Source of the DNA: Tubulanus polymorphus
Taxonomy: Eukaryota; Animalia; Nemertea
NCBI RefSeq assembly: GCF_964204645.1
Contig: NC_134025.1
Location: forward strand, 2,232,001 to 2,296,000
Direction of reading: 5' to 3'
Length of the DNA stretch: 64,000 nucleotides
The translations under genes and the position numbers were made by a program. Within the stretch, counting starts at the first letter, position 1, and each line of letters begins with the position of its first letter. This document shows positions 34,306-43,610 of this stretch, in pieces. The notes under the pieces are model-generated. The model saw nothing but the letters and a program-made list of their open reading frames with translations, had not been told where the DNA came from and ran no database searches.

Positions 34306-36698
34306 ACTATTAAAACTTTTAAAACGCGGCCCCCTGCGCACCAATCCAGCAGAAGACAAGTAAAACTATTAAAACTTTTAAAACGCGGCCCCCTGCGCAC
34401 CAATCCAGCAGAAGACAAGTAAAACTATTTACACTATTAAAACGCGGCCCCCTGCGCACTTATCCAGCAGCAGACAAGTAAAACTATTTACACTATTAAA
34501 ACGCGGCCCCCTGCGCACCTATCCAGCAGAAGACAAGTAAAACTATTAAAACTTTTAAAACGCGGCCCCCTGCGCACCTATCCAGCAGAAGACAAGTAAA
34601 ACTATGGTAAAACTATTAAACCGCGGCCCCCTGCGCACCAATCCAGCAGAAGACAAGTAAAACTATTAAAACTTTTAAAACGCGGCCCCCTGCGCACCTA
34701 TCCAGCAGAAGACAAGTAAAACTATTAAAACTTTTAAAACGCGGCCCCCTGCGCACCCATCCAGCAGAAGACAAGTAAAACTATTAAAACTATTAAACCG
34801 CGGCCCCCTGCGCACCTATCCAGCAGAAGACAAGTAAAACTATTAAAACTTTTAAAACGCGGCCCCCTGCGCACCTATCCAGCAGAAGACAAGTAAAACT
34901 ATTAAAACTTTTAAAACGCGGCCCCCTGCGCACCCATCCAGCAGAAGACAAGTAAAACTATTAAAACTTTTAAAACGCGGCCCCCTGCGCACCTATCCAG
35001 CAGAAGACAAGTAAAACTATTAAAACTTTTAAAACGCGGCCCCCTGCGCACCCATCCAGCAGAAGACAAGTAAAACTATTAAAACTATTAAACCGCGGCC
35101 CCCTGCGCACCTATCCAGCAGAAGACAAGTAAAACTATTAAAACTTTTAAAACGCGGCCCCCTGCGCACCAATCCAGCAGAAGACAAGTAAAACTATTAA
35201 AACTTTTAAAACGCGGCCCCCTGCGCACCTATCCAGCAGAAGACAAGTAAAACTATTAAAACTTTTAAAACGCGGCCCCCTGCGCACCTATCCAGCAGAA
35301 GACAAGTAAAACTATTAAAACTTTTAAAACGCGGCCCCCTGCGCACCAATCCAGCAGAAGACAAGTAAAACTATTTACACTATTAAAACGCGGCCCCCTG
35401 CGCACTTATCCAGCAGCAGACAAGTAAAACTATTTACACTATTAAAACGCGGCCCCCTGCGCACCTATCCAGCAGAAGACAAGTAAAACTATTAAAACTT
35501 TTAAAACGCGGCCCCCTGCGCACCTATCCAGCAGAAGACAAGTAAAACTATTAAAACTTTTAAAACGCGGCCCCCTGCGCACATATCCAGCAGTAGACAA
35601 GTAAAACTATGGTAAAACTATTAAACCGCGGCCCCCTGCGCACCAATCCAGCAGAAGACAAGTAAAACTATTAAAACTTTTAAAACGCGGCCCCCTGCGC
35701 ACCTATCCAGCAGAAGACAAGTAAAACTATTAAAACTTTTAAAACGCGGCCCCCTGCGCACCCATCCAGCAGAAGACAAGTAAAACTATTAAAACTATTA
35801 AACCGCGGCCCCCTGCGCACCTATCCAGCAGAAGACAAGTAAAACTATTAAAACTTTTAAAACGCGGCCCCCTGCGCACCCATCCAGCAGAAGACAAGTA
35901 AAACTATTTACACTATTAAACCGCGGCCCCCTGCGCACCTATCCAGCAGAAGACAAGTAAAACTATTAAAACTTTTAAAACGCGGCCCCCTGCGCACCCA
36001 TCCAGCAGAAGACAAGTAAAACTATTTACACTATTAAACCGCGGCCCCCTGCGCACCTATCCAGCAGAAGACAAGTAAAACTATTAAAACTTTTAAAACG
36101 CGGCCCCCTGCGCACTTATCCAGCAGAAGACAAGTAAAACTTAGTAAAACTATTAAACCGCGGCCCCTTGCGCACATATCCAGCAGAAGACAAGTAAAAT
36201 TTAGTAAAACTATTAAACCGCGGCCCCTTGCGCACATATCCAGCAGTAGACAAGTAAAACTTAGTAAAACTATTAAACCGCGGCCCCTTGCGCACATATC
36301 CAGCAGTAGACAAGTAAAACTTAGTAAAACTATTAAACCGCGGCCCCCTGCGCACCTATCCAGCAGAAGACAAGTAAAACTTAGTAAAACTATTAAACCG
36401 CGGCCCCTTGCGCACATATCCAGCAGTAGACAAGTAAAACTTAGTAAAACTATTAAACCGCGGCCCCCTGCGCACCTATCCAGCAGAAGACAAGTAAAAC
36501 TTAGTAAAACTATTAAACCGCGGCCCCCTGCGCACCTATCCAGCAGAAGACAAGTAAAACTTAGTAAAACTATTAAACCGCGGCCCCCTGCGCACCTATC
36601 CAGCAGAAGACAAGTAAAACTTAGTAAAACTATTAAACCGCGGCCCCCTGCGCACCTATCCAGCAGAAGACAAGTAAAACTTAGTAAAACTATTAAAC
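34301..36698. repeat. 59-60-bp satellite, right block (~40 units)
   Basis: Same unit as the left block; switches to a 60-bp variant (AAAACTTAGTAAAACTATTAAACCGCGG...) from ~36140. Confidence 0.98.
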
Positions 36699-37113
36699 CA
36701 TGTCATTTTCCATCATCGTACTGAAACTTCGCAATTCTTTATCTAAGAAACTAACGTCACATGGAATTAGGGGTACAAACTAGGGTTAATACACTGTTAC
36801 ACAGTATAAAACAAAGAGATTAATTAAGCTGTGATTAAGATGTGATGCACACTAATATACAGCATGAAGACAGTTACAAACTTAACAAATCTTAATGATG
36901 AGAGCAAACTAGGGCGTAATACAATAGTTAAGAATCAAATAGAAATATAGCGGGGCAATTAATCAACAACTTAACAATGAAACAGTAGATCAAAAAGTAA
37001 ATTATGTACCGTATCAAGTAGGTTTAACAGAAATGCAAAGTAATCTATTAGAAACAAGCTTTTTGAAAAACCCTTGGAGTCAATAACGCAGTTTTATATT
37101 TTATGCTCCATGT

Positions 37114-37176
<63 letters not shown>
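37114..37176. repeat. (CAG)~20 microsatellite
   Basis: Pure AGC run; non-coding. Confidence 0.95.
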
Positions 37177-37545
37177 TAGATAAAAATTCACGCGGCCCCC
37201 TGCGCGCCTCTCCAGCAGCAGCAGCAGATAGATAAAAATTCGTAGATTCGGCGGAGTATTTTGATAAATAATATATACTCTGTATACTGTTCTTAGTGTA
37301 CCATTTTATGCGCATCTCGATGGTAAAATCATAAACTGGTTGATGGTGGTTATGCATTTGATTTATTGGTAGAAGTAGGAGTAGTTTCATATCGCATACT
37401 ACTATGTATATGTATTGCCGTTTCGTAAATAATATCGTGTGGTTTTCACTTTATTAAAGCGGCCCCCTGCGCGCGGCCTCCTGCGCACGGCCCCGTGCGC
37501 ACTCTGCAGTTTGATATGACTCGAGAGGAGTCTTTGTAATGTGAG

Positions 37546-40214
37546 ATGCTCAAACTAAGATTTGCACATATTTACAGACGTTTTCGACAAGCAATTTTAG
37601 ACACATATAGAAATAAAGTCCATCATGCTGATGTTTTAGTTCAGAGCGACTGCCCAACATTTTATACAGTCAAAACCACATCACAAAATTCATCTGTCTC
37701 CAAAAAATTGATACCGGTATCAAGATTTGAAGATGGCAGGATATCTATATCCATCAGTACTTTAAAAAAGATATCTCTTACCCCTCATTTGAGTAATTTT
37801 GTCTTGAAAACTATCATGGAACTAAAACCACCAGAAAATGTGCGCGGAATGAAGATTTTGGATAGATCCGCTTTCGATCAGACTATTGTTGTTCCCGCTC
37901 TGAAAGTTCCAGTCAATAATGTCGGCGCTGTGGTTAAATATATGAAAAAATCTGTATTGAAAATTGTTCGAGTGAAACCTGTCGTGGAGATCAGCGGGGA
38001 AAACCAGGATCGTAAAACTCATAAGATCATTCTCCTCGATCCTGGAAAGCATTCACATTTTGATAGTTTCAGCGACGAAATGAAAAATACGCTGGAGAAA
38101 TCAGGCGTAACTGGCAGCTCATTCGATACCTTTAAAATCAATCTGACCTACGACAACTGGACAATCGCTGAAATTCTGAAAGCTATTTTAACATCTGATG
38201 CGGAAAGCGTTGCAGGATTCAGTACAATAGGACATATTGCTCATTTAAATCTGAAAGATGCTCATCTCGAATTCAAGAACATAATCGGTAAGAAAATGTT
38301 TTAAAAAGTGATTACAGTGTCTGTAAATGAGGACTGTGTTAAGTGAGTATTCACTAGGTGGCGACAGTGCATTGCAACAATTTCAGATTCAACTGAAATC
38401 TCAAAATTCTCAGATAAGTCATTACATGAATCGTGAATCCTTTAGATCACCAGTGAATCAGTGATTAGAGTTAATAAAAGACATGATTTAGATAATTTTG
38501 ATGATGGGGGCTTAAGATATTAATGAAAATGAATTTAAAATGAACTCAATTTTCATTGAGTTGTCCTACTGTTCTGCACACGACTTGGTGAGATAACTTG
38601 TGCACAGCTCGGAGTCCTTACTGATATCACTCAAAAATCATGAAATGAATGTCTTTCTGTTTTTCAGGTGAAATTATACTGGACAAATTGCACAGTATCA
38701 AAACTGTGGTGAATAAAACAAAAACCATTGATAACACGTATAGGAACTTTCAAATGGAATTACTGGCTGGTGATGATAATATGTTCGCCAGTACAAAGGA
38801 AAACGGTTGCCATTATGAATTTGACTTTTCTAAAGTTTACTGGAATCCAAGACTGGGTAAGAACGAAATAATAAGGGTTTTGTATTTATTAGTTAGTTAC
38901 CTAATCGTTGGTGGTAAGCTTTTTATAATCGGATGAGTGGTTTGTGAAAATATCCGATTGTGAAACTAAACCACAGACAGGTTACTCACTATGTATTTAT
39001 ATGACAGAATCGTGCCATTTTTGGCATGAAATTGTCGATCGCTTGAAGTTTAGGAGGTCTTACAGAAGGTGGGTACAATATGGCCAAGTCTTAAATCACT
39101 GATGTGGGCAGTATATAAAGGATTGACTGTACCAAGCAGGTGTTATGAGACTTCCATAAGACCTTCATAACTTTCATAAGAATCAATTTGATATTGATTT
39201 TATGTATATTCATAGGAACCGAACATCAGAGAGTTATAGATCAGTTATCAGCGAGTGACGTAGTCTACGATGTATTCGCCGGTGTCGGTCCATTCGCGAT
39301 TCCGGCCGCTAAAAAACTCTGCGAAGTTTACGCGAATGATCTGAATCCGGAATCGTTTAAATGGCTCAAACATAACGTTGAAAAGAAGAATAAGATCAAA
39401 GTGCCGATTCACGTCTATAATCAGGATGGAAGAGAATTCATACGAAGTGTCGCTAAAACGAGTATAGTTAAATATTCAGAATCCGATGAACTGCATTCGA
39501 ACTCTAGGTTCTGTTTTCTAATGAATTTGCCAGCACTGGCGATCGAGTTTTTAGACGCGTTTGTTGGATTGTTCGCCGATAATGCACTGTGCGCGAATAA
39601 GATACATATTCAAGTGCATTGTTACGGATTTACAAAAGCCGACAATGCTGAAGATGATATTAAAACTCGTATTGAAACAGTGTTAATGCGCCGACTGCCA
39701 GATTCCGATACGACTGTTCGTTTTGTCCGCAATGTGGCACCGAGTAAAGATATGATGTGTTGTAGCTTTAAGATGCCTGTGGAAGTTTTACTCGGATTGA
39801 ATCAAACAAATACTGCTGGTAAGAAAATGAACCCACAAATCTATTTTACTGTTATTACAGATCATAGAAACAAAAATTCCCTAATATTTCCCAACCATAG
39901 AAAAAAAATTTCCCGATACTTAAGATATTCTCAGTTTGGTGCAGTTTCTTCTTGCGAGGTTCCTTGTGCCACCTGTCTCTGGCGAGAAATACAAGACTGA
40001 CTGGTAGACTGAACAAAACCCACAGTTATTGTTAATAATTTAACAATTTATTCTGACAGTTGTCTGTTAAATCATCAATTTTGGGTTTTGTTCATTAAAA
40101 ACAGATTTTAGGATTGAGACAACTGTAAGACAATTTCTTCATTATTTCTTTTTAGCCAATTATACCTCAGAGGATGAGCCCGTTATGAAGAAAGCAAAGG
40201 TGTCCGATTTCTAA
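37546..40214 (+). CDS. TRMT5: tRNA (guanine(37)-N1)-methyltransferase, ~530 aa, 4 exons
   Basis: Exons 37546-38287, 38668-38856, 39216-39818, 40156-40214 (1593 nt). Motifs PPENVRGMKILDRSAF, FSTIGHIAHLNL, TVVNK..IDNTYRNFQMELLAG, FDFSKVYWNPRL, YDVFAGVGPFAIPAAK, ANDLNP, MNLPALA, VRNVAPSKDMMC. Confidence 0.96.
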
Positions 40215-40632
40215 ATTTGATATTACGTGTGTAGGGATATTACATCTGAATAAAGTTTTACGTATTCCATTTTATTCTTGCTCGTGTCTTCGTTATGAAA
40301 ATCGCAGCTCTTGATTTTACATAACAGATTCCAAAGATCCACAATCAGTAATTACGCATAATTTAATCAAATAAGACTTTATTCAATAGATTAAAGTTTA
40401 TATATAAATGCAACATTTTATCACAACATGTCCTCCAACAGCAGACAACTGGTGCATTGACAACTGGGATTTACAATTTGTAGTACACTAAACTCCCGTG
40501 GAGTTGCCTTTGATTATCGCGCGTTCAGGACAATATATTACATTTGTTAGAGATAAGAGAATTTATCGGTCCCGTCAGATCTGAGACAAGGAGGAGCAGT
40601 CTACTGCATAACATTCTAAATGAAATCCCACA

Positions 40633-42488
40633 TCAAGATATGTCCATATTATCAGCAAATTCACTGTTATTACCAGAACTACTGCAACCACTCGGAGCTG
40701 GTGATGGATTCGATAGATCACAGTTAAAAAATAAACCACAAAGAGCTTCTTGTAAAGCGCGATGACAAGCCGATTTCATTTGGAATCCGCCTGCTTTGTA
40801 TATTTGAATAGTTTCTTCTTTCGCGCTCATCGCAGTCGAATATCTACAATTGAAAGTCATTAACGATAGTAAAGACAAGTGATTTTCAATGTTGAGAAGA
40901 ATTGAATAAGAAACTGAAAGAAACCGACCCCTTGTCGTCCATATCGTCCAGTGATGGAAGAACGGGTCCACAGTTTTCCAGTAATTGCGGTTCGTAAGAA
41001 TATAGAGGAATCACTCCCGGTTTTGGAATCGGTTTGAAAATATTACTTTGACCCTGTAAATAGATGATACAATATTTCAGTTGAGCAACATAGTTATGAC
41101 TCGGTGTAAATGTGAGAGAATTTAAAAGCGTACCACTTTGATCCCGGTACTGAATTCAGTATGAACAGGTATGGAATCTTTACTGTCGATAGCTGCTGCT
41201 TTATGCGTCGCTAAAATACTCTCAGCCGGCAAATCTGAGAACATCTACAAAAGAACAAATTTCTAGCAGATTCTATAAAGATTTCAAAAAGATTCGTATT
41301 TACATCAATAGTGTGTAAAACAGCATTATTACTGTCAAAACCCGCTTTATTTTGATCATCTGGGACTGATTAAATTAATCCAGTTTTTGAGAAATCCAAA
41401 GTAGACATCATACTGTACGTGCATTCATTCATGTATAGGTGGACCATAAGAAAAAATCCCCAAAAAAACATCAAAATCCGGATAACACTGCTCTGTATTA
41501 AGCAGGTTTGACTGGGCATTTATATTGCTCATAATATCAAACTAAAGCAGAATTCAACAAATTAATTGTTTATAAAATAAAATTCTTATAATATCATATT
41601 TAAGTGCATAAGGTCAATTACCAATTCATCAATCAATGCTTCTTTTTTCATTTTCTTATTTTTCAATAATCGTTCCTCTTCCAGTATTTGTAACCTTCGA
41701 TTTTGACTCGTCAATTTTTCTTGTTCGATCAATGAATCGAGATATTCTTCATCTTTACTCTACAGAATACAAACACAATATCAAAATATGTTCAACTCTT
41801 CACAGCGACATACTTCACTCGCCGGGGAAATACTCACTATCTTCACTTTGTTTTTCTTGATAAAATCTCGGTTTTCTTTCTTGTATTGTTCTATTCTTTG
41901 TTTAGTTTCATCAATGTCGATTCCATTCGCCAAATTGAAAACTGAAAATTCACCGCTAATAATTATGAAATAAGATATGGAAATGTTCACCAAGAATATC
42001 AAAATCAATCGGAAATCTTTTATTACCGATTGTTTCAATTTCCTCTAAATAATCGTTATATTCACGTAAACTGTTGAAATCTTCTTCCTTCTTGTTATAA
42101 CTGAAATGAAATCAAACTCTATTAAAGCGAAAACTTTCCACAAGATTGCGCGCTATCAAATACTTACTCTTTCAATATTCTCTTTCTGATATCGACTTCT
42201 TTTTCAACGTAGGCATCTTCAAACAGTTGAAGTCTAAAATTTGTCCTCCTGAGTGGAACATTACACTGAGGACACGCCCCGGAACCTCTTACAAATAATA
42301 GTTCCACACAATTCTCACACCTTATAATAATAAAACGTAAAACTATTATCTCTGGTTCATTTTTGTATCTAGTAATTGAGTGAAACGTAGTTTACTTACA
42401 AAGAATGTCCGCATACGTTCACCATCAATTTCAAATTAGGATTGCGATATTTGGTTGTTTTGCAGCGAGGACAAGATTGATCTTCCAT
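40633..42488 (-). CDS. MNAT1: CDK-activating kinase assembly factor MAT1, ~334 aa, 8 exons
   Basis: Exons (-): 42400-42488, 42168-42320, 42027-42100, 41838-41941, 41622-41759, 41134-41244, 40929-41053, 40633-40843 (1005 nt). N-terminal [38 protein letters not shown]; [20 protein letters not shown]; C-terminal [13 protein letters not shown]. Confidence 0.96.
41330..41513. mobile_element. Degenerate Tc1/mariner-type MITE in an MNAT1 intron
   Basis: TACTGTCAAAACC...AGGTTTGACTG inverted ends. Confidence 0.45.
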
Positions 42489-42983
42489 GTTGACGTCTCG
42501 TCTAGTAGAGGTAGAATCTGTCATCGTGTAAGAAGGATAGATATTAAAACTTCAGGCCACAAGCCTGTTAAAATTGGACACCCAGCATATGAAAATGAAC
42601 TGATGAAAAAGGGCTTTTTGACGGATCTATCAACATTTACTTTTCTTGCGACCACTCACCTTTGGGCAATTAAACTTCAGAAAATACTTCAAAGTTTCTC
42701 GAGTCGCAGAAAATCCATGGGCGCAGCCATGTTGAATGTAGGTGGCAGCAGCGAACGGTTTATTTTTCGGCGGTCAGATTTCGGGCTGCGACACGAAATA
42801 CGAATACGAATTTGTCCCAATAGATAATTGGAAATGCTGGACACCGTCCATGTCACAAGAGACGATCAGGATGATGTTTGATGTAAATTTTTATGTTCCA
42901 CACATGTTTCTCGCCCACTACGGAATCACTGAGTGTCCTGAATCAGTTATCAGTAATTACTTTTGTTAAGATATCAACATTTT

Positions 42984-43161
42984 ACCGTACGGTGCTGTCT
43001 CTACGCTCATCGTTAGCGGGATTTTTATACACTAACGTTAGTCAACTCTGGCAAGCTAAGGTCACGGAGTATAACTGGACAGCACGTCGATTGCCAGAGT
43101 TGACTTTAGTTAGTGTATGAAAATCCCGCTAACGATGAGCATAGCGGCAGCACTGTACGGT
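42984..43161. mobile_element. Fold-back/MITE hairpin (~75-bp arms)
   Basis: ACCGTACGGTGCTG..GCTCATCGTTAGCGGGATTTT..AGTCAACTCTGGCAA mirrors TTGCCAGAGTTGACT..AAAATCCCGCTAACGATGAGC..CAGCACTGTACGGT. Confidence 0.8.
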
Positions 43162-43163
43162 CT

Positions 43164-43610
43164 GGACACCCCTGTACATCCTTTATTCAACATCAGGACA
43201 ACTCTGAATCAGTATCAGTAATTACTGGGTTTGAACCCAGGACACCCCTGTACATCCTCTATTCAGCATTAGGACCACTCTGAACCAGTATCATTTATTA
43301 CTGTGTTCGAACCTGGGACACCCCTGTTCATCCTTTATCCATCACGACCACTCTGAATCACAGCAATTGATGGGTTTGGACCCGGGATACCCCTGTACAT
43401 CATCTATTCAGCATCAGAACCACTCTGAATCAGTATCAGTAATTACTGGGTTTGAACCCGGGACACCCCCGTACATCCTCTATTCAGCATCAGAACCACT
43501 CTGAATCAGCATCAGTAATTATTGGATTCGAACCCGGGACACCCCTGTGCATCCTCTATTCAGCATCAGGACCACTCTGAACCAGTATCAGTAATTACTG
43601 GGTTCGAACC
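43164..43610 (-). repeat. ~76-bp tandem repeat x6 with tRNA-like A/B boxes
   Basis: GGACACCCC recurs at a ~76-bp period. The minus-strand unit contains AGAGTGGTC and GGTGTCCCGGGTTCGAACCC. Confidence 0.85.

Larger units (their letters stand above)
30035..37509. mobile_element. Large non-autonomous TIR (DNA-transposon-like) element containing a satellite array and a nested LINE
   Basis: Left end CTGCAGAGTGCGCAGGGGGCCG (30035-30056) and right end CGGCCCCGTGCGCACTCTGCAG (37488-37509) form an inverted repeat matching at 21/22 positions. Subterminal GCGGCCCCCTGCGC copies occur at both ends. No transposase ORF. Confidence 0.7.

Noticed and set aside
36034-36417. Repetitive ORFs (MCARGRGLIVLL...) and the poly-Cys ORF at 37094-37390
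   Set aside because: Artefacts of translating the satellite and the CAG tract.
31003-36698. CRISPR-like array
   Set aside because: No unique spacers and no cas genes, in a eukaryotic context; it is a tandem satellite.
43164-43610. tRNA gene cluster
   Set aside because: No acceptor stem or consistent anticodon arm; kept only as a tRNA-like repeat.
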